Positions 37,909 through 47,433 of a stretch of DNA of 64,000 nucleotides are shown here, in pieces; the stretch's first letter is position 1; each line of letters starts with the position of its first letter. A program made the translations under genes and the position numbers. Below the pieces are notes generated by a model. It did no database searches. It saw nothing but the letters and a program-made list of their open reading frames with translations, and was not told the origin of the DNA. This DNA comes from a virus, in the IMG/VR virus record IMGVR_UViG_3300037246_001677, positions 56,171 to 120,170 of that record; one strand, given 5' to 3'.

Positions 37909-40590
37909 TTAACTAATTCCAATTACTTCTCCTAAAATTTCCTCAATCCAGCGTTCCGGGACAAAATTTTTCTTAGCATGATCTCTTGCCGATTCACCTT
38001 TAATCTTTATAATTTCAGGATTATCTATAATTTCTTTTATAACCTCTAAGTAGTCTTCCCATTCCTCACATAGCCAACCAGTTTCAGGAGTTACTCTGTC
38101 CTTAGCACCATATCTATTGTCAGCAATTACTGGCATTCCACAAGCCATCGCTTCAATCACGACTCTTGGACCTTGGTCCTGGTAACCTGGTGGTAAGTGA
38201 TACCAGAAGCAATTTCCTTTTGATAAGAACTCATAGACTGGTGGATTATTCTTAGGATACTTATAAACTTGTGGCATATCCATACATTTTGAATAAGCTG
38301 GCATATAGTGAAACTCAACACTTGAGTCAATTCTCATAACGTCTCTAATCATATTGTTTGTATAATCAGGATGTTTCGCATCACCTTGTGAATTATGTCT
38401 GATAAGTTTCAATGGAAAATTATAATCTATCTTTTGTTTCAAGAACTCAGTTAAGTCAGTTGGTGGTGGTAGTACTTTTGTATAAGCATCTGGAATCCTA
38501 TCCAATAACTCTTGTTCTTTAGTGCTATTTAAGAACATATACTTATCCCAACCAAGTGTCCATGGTACTTTACCGGCCTCACCAAGCTGGTAATTAAGTA
38601 TCATTACTTTCCTATCTGTTCTAAGCTCCTCCATTATATCCCATTGCTGTTCCTTAAAGCTCCAAATCATATCACTACAGTAAAGTACAGTTAAGTCTGA
38701 TGGCATACTTAATTGATCCCACTTGACTGTATTAACTCCCTCTGGAATATTCTTTAAGTACTCACCAGAAACACTTGCTTTTGGCACTAAGTCAACTCTA
38801 TATCCTTTATCTAATAACATATTCATTATTTTAACTGTTGATCTTTCGCTTCCACCCCATCCTCGTGCTGTTGTAACCATTCGAGCAAGTGGTTTACTTG
38901 TGTCTATCGTAATTTCTTTTTTTCTTTTCCAATAATGACAACGATGTCCACCTTTTGCAGCTAATTTAAATTCTGGTTCAAGATATTTTGCCTGCCACTT
39001 TCTTTCTGGTACTCTACCGGCATCATGAATTACCACTAAGTCAGCATGTTTTGAAGCATACTCCGTTGACCATTCTCTGTTCTCTCCTCCAGCTGGACCA
39101 TCAACAAAAGCAAAGTCATATTTTTCTTTCAAACTCTCACGTACTATTCTACCATTCCAGTGTCTTATCGTGGAATTTTCTGGAGCCATACTACTTATCT
39201 TCTTAATCCATCCTGGTTGAGTTTCATATGTTTCAACACTATCTACAGTATTAGCGAATAATATAGTAGAAAGACCAGCACCAAATTCAAGTATTGTTTT
39301 TACTTTCTCTTTCGCAAATATTTCTTTTAAAAAAATCCAATCTTTATCAGTAACACTACCACCACCCCATTGAAATCCATGTTTCTCCAATATTTCATTA
39401 TCCAATGGTGTAGTTGTTGGAACAACAAACACTTTCTTTTCTTTTACAATATTCTTAAAGAATATATTATTAATTTTTCTACCATATTGTAGCCTTCCAC
39501 CTTCATAGTACTTCTCAACTCCTCTGACTACTTCATCTGGTCTAATAATATCAACGCATTTTGGCACATCGTCCGTATGGTTACTACATCCGCCTGGTTT
39601 CAATGAAGTTTTCCAACAAGCTTTATACTCTGCACACTCTGGTATGGCACCATTAGTCTGTATATATTGATGACCCATATAATTAGTAAAGTGCGCCGGC
39701 TCTCTGGCACCAGCTACCACAACACATGGATTATTAAAAGCAGCACTTAAGTGCATATGCATTGAAACAAGACCAAGAGAACCCTGAGAATGTAAAAATA
39801 TATTAAATAAATCCCTAATACCAGTATCTTTATGTTCTGTTTTACCAATATAATCAACCACGTTTTTCAAGTGAGCATATGGATGTCTTGCCATACCTAA
39901 CTGAACAAACTTGATATTTGGAAGTGAATCAATTACTTCTTGCCATCTATCTTCTGGCCACATCTTAGCTGTCCATCCCGGTTCACCACCTATAATTATT
40001 ACCCAGTATGGTCCTTCAATCAACGGTGGCCTATGATACTCTTCTTCTGTTAACCATATATCTGGTCTTGTATCACCTTGAGTTATTGAAATCCCAAGTG
40101 CTTGTTCCATGCTTAATCTAAAAGCATTACACATATGATAGTTCCAAGTATTTGATTTGTTAGTTAAATAACCAGGTCCAACCCCAGTTACTTTTTCAGA
40201 ATCTCTGAATTGAAGGTCTACATTTGGATTGTTGTCCCAAATATGCATAGCAGTAGATATAACTCCAATTCTTGTATCAGGATATGTAGCCTTGAAATCT
40301 CTAACACCGGCAGTGAAAGTTAAAATATCACCGATAGCTTGTCTGTTTTTGAAAACTACTTCATTTGGTGGTTGTTTTGATCCAACGGTAGGAGACATGT
40401 CAATGTTGACATGACTTATTAGGTCCCCAGCAATCTCTGTTGCCAATGGTTCATTTGGTAGGACATGGTGTATATGTCCATTTTTAAATTTTATAGACAT
40501 AGAAAGGTCGGTAGCATCATTTCGTTTACCGACATTATCGTCTCTTATGAGCAAATCTAACTCACGTTTTAACAACTTCTTGATATTCAT
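37909..40590 (-). CDS. Multidomain GT9-like + SAM methyltransferase + GT4-like glycosyltransferase
   Basis: AIGDIL, AKMWP..RWQEV, MHMHLSAAF (GT9); ILEFGAGLST, FVDGP (MTase); GGSERS, QGPRVVIEAMACGMPVI (GT4). Confidence 0.8.
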   Translation of the reverse strand: MNIKKLLKRELDLLIRDDNVGKRNDATDLSMSIKFKNGHIHHVLPNEPLATEIAGDLISHVNIDMSPTVGSKQPPNEVVFKNRQAIGDILTFTAGVRDFKATYPDTRIGVISTAMHIWDNNPNVDLQFRDSEKVTGVGPGYLTNKSNTWNYHMCNAFRLSMEQALGISITQGDTRPDIWLTEEEYHRPPLIEGPYWVIIIGGEPGWTAKMWPEDRWQEVIDSLPNIKFVQLGMARHPYAHLKNVVDYIGKTEHKDTGIRDLFNIFLHSQGSLGLVSMHMHLSAAFNNPCVVVAGAREPAHFTNYMGHQYIQTNGAIPECAEYKACWKTSLKPGGCSNHTDDVPKCVDIIRPDEVVRGVEKYYEGGRLQYGRKINNIFFKNIVKEKKVFVVPTTTPLDNEILEKHGFQWGGGSVTDKDWIFLKEIFAKEKVKTILEFGAGLSTILFANTVDSVETYETQPGWIKKISSMAPENSTIRHWNGRIVRESLKEKYDFAFVDGPAGGENREWSTEYASKHADLVVIHDAGRVPERKWQAKYLEPEFKLAAKGGHRCHYWKRKKEITIDTSKPLARMVTTARGWGGSERSTVKIMNMLLDKGYRVDLVPKASVSGEYLKNIPEGVNTVKWDQLSMPSDLTVLYCSDMIWSFKEQQWDIMEELRTDRKVMILNYQLGEAGKVPWTLGWDKYMFLNSTKEQELLDRIPDAYTKVLPPPTDLTEFLKQKIDYNFPLKLIRHNSQGDAKHPDYTNNMIRDVMRIDSSVEFHYMPAYSKCMDMPQVYKYPKNNPPVYEFLSKGNCFWYHLPPGYQDQGPRVVIEAMACGMPVIADNRYGAKDRVTPETGWLCEEWEDYLEVIKEIIDNPEIIKIKGESARDHAKKNFVPERWIEEILGEVIGIS

Positions 40591-40623
40591 AACAATTTCC
40601 CCCCACTAATTTCTTACCTATAT

Positions 40624-41133
40624 TTATCGTATTCGATCCACTTTGTCAGCCTCAGGATTATTTTTTCTTAAATCTTTAAATTCTTTTCTAAACTCTTTTC
40701 TTATTGCTTCTATAACTTGTCTCTTTATTTCATCGTGTCCTAGTTCTACTTCTATTTCTCGTTCTATTTGCTGTTCTTTAGTATACTTTGCGTCAAAATA
40801 AAATCTCGCGATAAAATATGCTATACCGGAAATGACCACAGCAGCAGAAACTATACCAATCATAAGCTTAACTTTTATAGTTAAATCTTTTACTTCATCT
40901 AATATTGAATCACTTTTCGTTTCAATTTTATCTGAAATGCCCTTTCTCTCATTAAATGCAGCAGCAACATGATCTTTTATGTCTTGTTTAATTTCACTTA
41001 TTGGCATCTTTTCAACTGTACTAATTAAAGAAACTTGTTGGTCCACAAGTTTCTGTAATGTCTTGCTGTTATTATCAGTTGCCTTTTCAAGAGTGCCAAA
41101 CAACTGATCTATAAAATCAAATTGGTCCACCAT
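40624..41133 (-). CDS. Coiled-coil protein with one TM helix
   Basis: LMIGIVSAAVVISGIAYFIA. Confidence 0.6.
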   Translation of the reverse strand: MVDQFDFIDQLFGTLEKATDNNSKTLQKLVDQQVSLISTVEKMPISEIKQDIKDHVAAAFNERKGISDKIETKSDSILDEVKDLTIKVKLMIGIVSAAVVISGIAYFIARFYFDAKYTKEQQIEREIEVELGHDEIKRQVIEAIRKEFRKEFKDLRKNNPEADKVDRIR

Positions 41134-42059
41134 TAAACTACTCCATTGCTTATATGCATGATGCGATCATCCATAGCTTGTAATTGTTTCTCTTGTAATT
41201 GTCTTGTAATAAAAGACTCTTGTTTCCAAACCTGTAGCTTCTTTCCTAATTCAATATATACCTGCTCTTCTTTGTATATAGCTTCTATCTGTGCTAACTT
41301 TCTATCTGTAATATCAAGTGCTATAACTCTAGCCCCAACTGGTATTCCTCTTTTCATTTTATAACTAGCTGTAATTAAACACCAAACTGTTGATCCATTT
41401 TTAATTTTAACTTCATACTCAAAAGTATTTGGTACTTTTTTTCCCTGTGACATTAACATATATCTCTTAATCCAATTTTTTCTGCTTTGTTCAGTAAGTA
41501 CATCACTTATACTCATTTTCAAAAGCTCTTCCCTACTCCAACCAGTAAGTTCACACATAACATCATTTACATAAGTAAGTACATTTCTTCTAAAACAAAT
41601 TTCATATATTGCAGCATGTGTTTTTTCTACAATTTCTTGATACATTCCTTGAATATGTAATTTTTCTAATTCTAATCTTTTTCTTTCTATAGCATACTTA
41701 ACTGATCTTATTAATAAACCAGGTGTTAATATATCATTTGGTGGGAGAAAATCTTGTGCGCCATGTCTTACAGCATCACATCCTAAATCATCATATTTAG
41801 ATATAATAATAATAGGACAATCCTCACAGTATCCATATAACCTTTTAAAAGTATCAATGCCTTCACTGTTTGGTAAAACTAAGTCTAATAAAACTATATC
41901 AATATTAATTTTGTTAAATTTCTTAGCTTCTTTTAAAGTTTTAACATGTGATATTTCAAACCTTGTAAATTTAGTCTCACTGAGTTTGTTTTTAATAAAA
42001 TCGGAAGTTTTTTCGGATCCCTCAACAAGCAATAACCTTACAACTTCTGGAATTTGCAT
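41133..42059 (-). CDS. Response-regulator receiver + PAS domain protein, no output domain
   Basis: VLLDLVLP..GIDTF, PIIIIS, GAQDFL, L.RSVKYAIERK; YVND..CELTGWSREELL, DITDRK. Confidence 0.85.
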   Translation of the reverse strand: MQIPEVVRLLLVEGSEKTSDFIKNKLSETKFTRFEISHVKTLKEAKKFNKINIDIVLLDLVLPNSEGIDTFKRLYGYCEDCPIIIISKYDDLGCDAVRHGAQDFLPPNDILTPGLLIRSVKYAIERKRLELEKLHIQGMYQEIVEKTHAAIYEICFRRNVLTYVNDVMCELTGWSREELLKMSISDVLTEQSRKNWIKRYMLMSQGKKVPNTFEYEVKIKNGSTVWCLITASYKMKRGIPVGARVIALDITDRKLAQIEAIYKEEQVYIELGKKLQVWKQESFITRQLQEKQLQAMDDRIMHISNGVV

Positions 42060-42068
42060 TTTTGCTCC

Positions 42069-42800
42069 TTATCCTGTCACTCTTTTTAATGATCCATCTG
42101 GCTTTACTAGTAATCCAAAGAATTGGATTGGTGGGAACGTTTCTTTTTCTGGTATGCCATGTATCTGTCTTACCTTATCCATAATCGCTTTGTTCTTTTC
42201 GACCTTCTTTTGTAGAGCAACAAAGTCTTTTATATTTTTTATATCGTCATCTATAAGCCTTACTCTCCTATACTCTCCAGTTGATAAGTAATTAGTAATT
42301 ACTTTTGCTTTAGCATCAGCAGTACTCTTAGGTTGTCCTTGATTCTTGACTATCCTTTTATAAATCTCTGGTCTTGATTGAAAATTACCAACTCTCTCAA
42401 CATACATCTGGTCAATGGGTAATCCAACCTCACGGAATTTGTTTAAGAATGTATCTTTATCATCAAAATCAGCACGAGCAGTAAGCAGTACTACTTTTGA
42501 TCCTCTGCGATCTATATTCTGAAACATCCTTTTGATTCTTTTAATTGTTTGTGGTATTGGAATAGAAGTCTTATTAAACTTTTCCGCATTTCTAAATTCA
42601 TTAAACTCAAACTCTTCATTAGGTTTAAGTTTATAGGTATTAAATTCTTGGTTGTTTAACTTCTTTACTACTTCTTTGGTTTCTTTATCCAATACATAAA
42701 TCATAGCGAATGTTTTAAAAATTGTTTCGTCTATATCTATAAAAGTGATACCTTTACCATATTCACTTGCTAGTTCTGTAAGATAACTTCTTAACCTCAT
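42069..42800 (-). CDS. HAD-like phosphatase
   Basis: TFIDIDETIF, LLTARA, AKAK, LIDDD..N; N-term MRLRSYLTE. Confidence 0.75.
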   Translation of the reverse strand: MRLRSYLTELASEYGKGITFIDIDETIFKTFAMIYVLDKETKEVVKKLNNQEFNTYKLKPNEEFEFNEFRNAEKFNKTSIPIPQTIKRIKRMFQNIDRRGSKVVLLTARADFDDKDTFLNKFREVGLPIDQMYVERVGNFQSRPEIYKRIVKNQGQPKSTADAKAKVITNYLSTGEYRRVRLIDDDIKNIKDFVALQKKVEKNKAIMDKVRQIHGIPEKETFPPIQFFGLLVKPDGSLKRVTG

Positions 42801-42833
42801 TAATAAAATTCCTCCTGATTTATACTCACCAAA

Positions 42834-42841
42834 TATTTATA
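42834..42841 (-). promoter_or_regulatory. T4-type late promoter TATAAATA
   Basis: Exact motif at head of the long - strand block. Confidence 0.55.
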
Positions 42842-42892
42842 CAAAATTACTAAATATACAATAAATAGGTATAAGAATATACTTGGAGAAAA

Positions 42893-43573
42893 ATGCCCAT
42901 GAGATTTGATGAATACTTAAAAGAAGAACAACTAATAAATGAGAACATAATTCTCGACACAATTAAAAAAATTGCCGGTAAGCCTGCTAATACAGTCATG
43001 AAAATGTTTAAAGATGGATATAAGAAGTTTGTGGCTTTTTTGGAAAAAGACCAAATGACTATGGGTGGTGGGATAGACTTAGATAAGGTATTAGGTATCA
43101 TAAATAAAGCTTATGGCACCAACTATAAAAATATTGGTGATTTAAAAAAGCAAATAAACGCCAGTCTGAAAGAGTCAACAGAATTAAACGAAGACTGGGC
43201 ACGTTATTGGGATTTAATTAAGGGTGAGGCATTTCCTGCATTATCATTTTTTCCAGCTTTGACTGTATGGCTTGAAATAGATAAGATCATAAGAAGTAGT
43301 GGTGATGCTAACGCCAGAGTCATTATTGTTTACGGTTTAATATGGTTGCTACTAATTAGTGGTAAGTTTATAAAAGGATTTAAAAAATGGAAGAAAGAAC
43401 ATCCAGAAGAGTACTATGAAGAAAGACCAAAGAAAGCAGCAAAAATTACAAGGAAAGCAGAAAAAGCAGCAATAGCGGCAAAGAAAAAAAGCAAACAGAA
43501 AGAATTGGAAAAATGGGAAGTAGATAGAGAACATGAACAGTGGAAAAAAAGAACAAGTGCATTCGGTAAATAA
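42893..43573 (+). CDS. Hypothetical protein with two hydrophobic helices
   Basis: MRFDEYLKEE..LINE; VIIVYGLIWLLLISG. Confidence 0.6.
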   Translation: MPMRFDEYLKEEQLINENIILDTIKKIAGKPANTVMKMFKDGYKKFVAFLEKDQMTMGGGIDLDKVLGIINKAYGTNYKNIGDLKKQINASLKESTELNEDWARYWDLIKGEAFPALSFFPALTVWLEIDKIIRSSGDANARVIIVYGLIWLLLISGKFIKGFKKWKKEHPEEYYEERPKKAAKITRKAEKAAIAAKKKSKQKELEKWEVDREHEQWKKRTSAFGK

Positions 43574-43587
43574 AAGGAGAAGTTAAT

Positions 43588-43785
43588 ATGTTGTTGGATA
43601 AATTAGATAATTATATATCTGAAGTTGAAAAACATGATAAAGTGTGGAGTGGGATTATTACGTCTGGTATACAGTTAAATGAAGTTATGGAAATGGATAA
43701 AGAAGAAAGAAATAAAATACTACATTTGCTAGATGAAAAAATTATAAATAAAATTAAAAAATTAGAGGAAGGCGGATTACTATGA
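43588..43785 (+). CDS. Small hypothetical protein
   Basis: MLLDKLDNYISE; AGGAG SD. Confidence 0.6.
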   Translation: MLLDKLDNYISEVEKHDKVWSGIITSGIQLNEVMEMDKEERNKILHLLDEKIINKIKKLEEGGLL

Positions 43786-44147
43786 GTCACAAATTCAAAG
43801 ACTATCTAGTCGAAGGAAAAGAAAAATTAAAACCAAAACTTCATTTACTTGATGATAAGATTGAGGGGTTTATTGAAAAAATAGAAAAGAGAGTGGATGA
43901 AATAGATGACAATCCTGTTTTTCAAAGAAAAATGAATCAGCTACTTGTAGATATGAGTAAAGAACATGGAGAATTTATACTTGCGCTTAGAAGTGTTGTA
44001 GCTGCTATGGATAGAGGCGGACAAGTCATACCAAGTTTGAAAAGACATAGTTTTGATCCAAGAGGAATAAGTCAAGAAGAACCAGGACTTACAACACCAC
44101 CCGGACAAGAAGGAGAACAAGGACAGGAAGCACCACAGGAACAATAA
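43782..44147 (+). CDS. Hypothetical protein
   Basis: MSHKFKDYLVE; coupled. Confidence 0.6.
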   Translation: MSHKFKDYLVEGKEKLKPKLHLLDDKIEGFIEKIEKRVDEIDDNPVFQRKMNQLLVDMSKEHGEFILALRSVVAAMDRGGQVIPSLKRHSFDPRGISQEEPGLTTPPGQEGEQGQEAPQEQ

Positions 44148-44602
44148 TGTACGATGTACTTGAACAAGTTGATAACTTTCTTAGTGAACCGATTGAAACG
44201 GATGACGGTCAAGAAATATTTGATAGATTAGTTGACTTCATTATGAACCTGAAGCCAGACTCTCTTTCAGACGATCAAATTGAAGAAGTAATGGATATCC
44301 TGGACCAGTTAAAAATTGAAGATGAAATAACAGAACAACAAAAAAGGGTTCCAAAGTTAGCGAACAAAACTCCGATGGAAAAAAGACAGTACTCAAGAAA
44401 GTACACACGTCAAAATAGAGTTAAAATAAAGAAAACAAGAATTAAACTTAAGAGATCGTCCGATGGTAGAAAACGTAAAAGACTAAAACCCAATATGGGA
44501 AGAAAATTTAAAACTCCAACTGGTAGAGATAAAACAAGATACCATCCAACCAGAGGTGGACAGGGTGGTAAAAGAGAAAAAAAGGAGAATGGAAAAAAAT
44601 GA
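44147..44602 (+). CDS. Acidic-N/basic-C putative core protein (paralogue A)
   Basis: DNFLSE; acidic half then K/R-rich half. Confidence 0.6.
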   Translation: MYDVLEQVDNFLSEPIETDDGQEIFDRLVDFIMNLKPDSLSDDQIEEVMDILDQLKIEDEITEQQKRVPKLANKTPMEKRQYSRKYTRQNRVKIKKTRIKLKRSSDGRKRKRLKPNMGRKFKTPTGRDKTRYHPTRGGQGGKREKKENGKK

Positions 44603-44775
44603 GAATCTTAGAAAAGATTGATAATTACTTAAGTGAAGAAACATATAAAGAGTTCTTTAGTAAAAAACTTAAAGAATATGGAGTCAGTTCACCAAATGAA
44701 TTAGATGATAGCAAGAAAAAAGAGTTCTTTAATATGATAGATAAAGAATGGAAAGGTAAAAAAGAAGAGGACTAA
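44599..44775 (+). CDS. 58-aa hypothetical protein (not in ORF track)
   Basis: MRILEKIDNYLSEETYKEFFSKKLKEYGVSSP...; ATGA overlap. Confidence 0.65.
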   Translation: MRILEKIDNYLSEETYKEFFSKKLKEYGVSSPNELDDSKKKEFFNMIDKEWKGKKEED

Positions 44776-45186
44776 ATGACTTCTACTTACGATAAAATAG
44801 AAAAGTATCTTCAAGAACAAGAAGATATAAGTACTGAAGAAGCCAATTATCTTAATGATGATGCTTTGCTTGAAAAAATGTACAACTTTATTACTTCACT
44901 TGATCCAGATAAGTTAACTGATATGGAAGCCGGAGAACTAGTTGATATTATTGATGAGTTAGCCGGTGAAAATGACGATGAACTTGATGAAATTAAACGA
45001 GTAAGAATAAGCCCCGCTGACAAACGTAAAAGAAGCAAGGCTTATAAAAAGAATAGATCAAAAATAAAAATATCAGCAAAGAGATACAGACGAACAGCTG
45101 GTTATAAAAGATATAAAAGAAAATCTAAAAGAATGTCCAGAACTGGAAAAACCTCTACTGGTAAACGTGTAAGGAAATTTATATGA
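44776..45186 (+). CDS. Acidic-N/basic-C putative core protein (paralogue B)
   Basis: EKYLQE; same architecture as 44147..44602. Confidence 0.6.
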   Translation: MTSTYDKIEKYLQEQEDISTEEANYLNDDALLEKMYNFITSLDPDKLTDMEAGELVDIIDELAGENDDELDEIKRVRISPADKRKRSKAYKKNRSKIKISAKRYRRTAGYKRYKRKSKRMSRTGKTSTGKRVRKFI

Positions 45187-45410
45187 AAACAATGGATAAG
45201 TATTTAAGTGAAGCAGACTCAGATGAAAATTCAAAACAATACACTAATACAAAGAAAAAAATACAAGTTCTTTTAAAGGTTATAGAAAAAACCTTAAGCA
45301 AACATGAAAAAAGATTCCTTTCTGTGCCTGCGTCAAGGAATTTAGCACTGCTAGGTCAGCTAGAACAAGTAGAAAGACAAATGAAAGTACTTGCATTATT
45401 GTTGAGATGA
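45183..45410 (+). CDS. Small hypothetical protein
   Basis: MKTMDKYLSE; coupled. Confidence 0.6.
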   Translation: MKTMDKYLSEADSDENSKQYTNTKKKIQVLLKVIEKTLSKHEKRFLSVPASRNLALLGQLEQVERQMKVLALLLR

Positions 45411-45865
45411 TTAAAAGGGGCAAAAGAAATAAAAATTTTGGTCAATTCATACCAACATTTACAGAAAAATATGTTGGTAGTTATCCTATAATTGTTAGAA
45501 GTTCATGGGAAAGAATGATGTGTCAGTGGCTCGACTGCAATGTAGAAGTAGTTAGGTGGTCAAGTGAGGGACATGTTATTCCTTATTATGATCCAATACA
45601 GCAAAAAAGACGAAGATATTTTCCTGATTACTTTGCAGTCATATTGAATAAAAATAAACAACCAGTAAAATATATCATAGAAGTAAAACCCAACAAAGAA
45701 ACAAAACCACCAGTAAAAACTCGTGGCCAATCAAAAAAAACAAAACTACATCAGGAAGCCACATGGTTAACCAACCAAGCAAAGTTCGATGCAGCACAAC
45801 AGTACTGTAAGAAACTTGGTTACCGATTTAAGCTTCTAACTGAAAAGGAGATGTTCGGGAGATAA
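45407..45865 (+). CDS. gp4: Head completion nuclease gp4-like (TnsA-type PD-(D/E)xK)
   Basis: KYVG, RSSWE, WSSE, RYFPDY, IIEVKP, NQAKF.AA, LTEKE. Confidence 0.88.
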   Translation: MIKRGKRNKNFGQFIPTFTEKYVGSYPIIVRSSWERMMCQWLDCNVEVVRWSSEGHVIPYYDPIQQKRRRYFPDYFAVILNKNKQPVKYIIEVKPNKETKPPVKTRGQSKKTKLHQEATWLTNQAKFDAAQQYCKKLGYRFKLLTEKEMFGR

Positions 45866-45868
45866 ACA

Positions 45869-46123
45869 ATGGATGAAAAGGAAAGAATCCAAAAGGCATA
45901 TGAAAAAGTATTGAATGAAGCAAGATATTTTCAAACGAAAAAAGTACAACAAGCTAGAATTAGCAAAGCAATGCAGAAAGCACAAAATGCTTTTTGGGCT
46001 GTTGTAGCAAAAGAATTTAAAGAAGTTAAATCTGGTGATATGGACCCAATGCAAACAATGAAAATGGAAGATGATATGATGGAAGCCATAAATGTTTGGT
46101 TGGAAAATAATTACGAAATGTAA
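45869..46123 (+). CDS. Small hypothetical protein
   Basis: AYEKVLNE; AFWAVVA. Confidence 0.6.
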   Translation: MDEKERIQKAYEKVLNEARYFQTKKVQQARISKAMQKAQNAFWAVVAKEFKEVKSGDMDPMQTMKMEDDMMEAINVWLENNYEM

Positions 46124-46124
46124 A

Positions 46125-46601
46125 ATGAGATACTTAGATTACTTATCAGAACAGAAGAAGTTTACCAAATGGGTAAACTATACACCTGAATCTCTTAGCT
46201 CTGACTTCGCTGAGTATAAAAAGAAAGAGGAGAGAAAATGGAAAACACGCGCTCAAGCAATCGGTGCTAGGTTTCCTATATTCAAAGACTTTCCTGAATT
46301 TACTCAAGCACTTAAAAAGGCTAAAGTAAAAAAGTTATTCAAAGGTGAGGCACAAAAGATAGGTAATGTATCATTAAATGATGAATTATTTGGCGTTAGA
46401 AAAATGGTAAGTCATTATGATACACCACGAGATGTAGATAAAATAGTAAAGGGATTTGAATCAAATACTAAAATGCCCATGCCAATAATATTAAAAGGTA
46501 GAACAGATAAATTCATCATGGCGGGTAATACAAGATTAAATGTAGCCTATATTATGGGTATTTTACCACAAGTACTTGTGGTAGATGTAATTAAGGAATA
46601 A
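46125..46601 (+). CDS. ParB/Srx-like domain protein
   Basis: MPMPIILKG...IMAGNTRL; start reassigned to MRYLDYLSE. Confidence 0.55.
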   Translation: MRYLDYLSEQKKFTKWVNYTPESLSSDFAEYKKKEERKWKTRAQAIGARFPIFKDFPEFTQALKKAKVKKLFKGEAQKIGNVSLNDELFGVRKMVSHYDTPRDVDKIVKGFESNTKMPMPIILKGRTDKFIMAGNTRLNVAYIMGILPQVLVVDVIKE

Positions 46602-46603
46602 TA

Positions 46604-46930
46604 ATGAATATAATAGAAAAAATAGATAAACTATTAGTCGGTGAAGGAATTTTCAAACAAGCAACGCAAGCAGCAGCCGATTTTATAGGTATTCAAATAG
46701 ATGCATTAGACCACTATCTTGCACAAAAAAGAATTGGTCAGCATGTAAGTATGACTTGGGATAAGAAGAAAATTAAAGAACTTAAGAAAATGACAAAAAA
46801 GTTGGAAAAAGATTTGAAAAAAGAACTTGGTCCAGATTGGAGAAAAGCAAAACCAGAAGATTTAAGCAAACAGAGTAGTGATCTTTTTTGGAAAGTATTA
46901 AAAATGCGTAGCGATATTTATGGGTATTAA
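46604..46930 (+). CDS. Hypothetical protein
   Basis: MNIIEKIDKLLVGE. Confidence 0.6.
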   Translation: MNIIEKIDKLLVGEGIFKQATQAAADFIGIQIDALDHYLAQKRIGQHVSMTWDKKKIKELKKMTKKLEKDLKKELGPDWRKAKPEDLSKQSSDLFWKVLKMRSDIYGY

Positions 46931-47433
46931 TGGGAATAAGAAGAGCATACTATAAAAAATTTCAAGGTGTAGAAATGAAGTCTGGATATTTCTACACCTT
47001 TAAATATCAATCATGGGAAAATGATCCAGAACCTACTATTATTCTTATGTATGCTTTGGAAGGTATTCATCCAAATACTGGACACCAATGGCGTTTTTTT
47101 CAAGCAATTAATTTTACCTATATTCCAAGATCAGTTAGAAAAAGATTTTTGAATGAATGGAAAAGAGTACTTGCTTCAACTAATGATCCTCGCTTTACTT
47201 GGGAATTAATAAAAAGAAAGTACCCTTGGTTACAGATTGCAGTAAGAAGATACTTCTTTAGACCAAATTATTTTATAAAAAGCTTGAAAGAAATACCTAT
47301 TGAAGATATAGATAAAGTGATTGTTTCAACATGGCATAAAGATTTTAGCAAAAAAGTGAAAGCAACGTTGATAAATAAATTCAGACGTGTATTAAGAAAT
47401 AGGGGCAAAGCAAAGAAATCCAGGAGAAAGTAA
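46930..47433 (+). CDS. gp2: gp2-like DNA end protector protein
   Basis: G.FYTFKY, DPEP.I, AINFTYIP..R..FL, AVRRY; head-module position. Confidence 0.65.
   Translation: MGIRRAYYKKFQGVEMKSGYFYTFKYQSWENDPEPTIILMYALEGIHPNTGHQWRFFQAINFTYIPRSVRKRFLNEWKRVLASTNDPRFTWELIKRKYPWLQIAVRRYFFRPNYFIKSLKEIPIEDIDKVIVSTWHKDFSKKVKATLINKFRRVLRNRGKAKKSRRK

Noticed and set aside
37901-37913. ATTTACATTTAAC identical to the -35 region at 53491
   Set aside because: No TATAAT at 17-nt spacing and it overlaps a gene end.
30070-40590. Host genomic contamination (LPS locus)
   Set aside because: Interspersed with phage-type small genes, same AT-rich composition and co-oriented with phage late genes; cannot be fully excluded without read data.
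45407-45865. Tn7 TnsA transposon
   Set aside because: TnsA-like fold here is the T4 gp4 head-completion protein; no tnsB/C or transposon ends.
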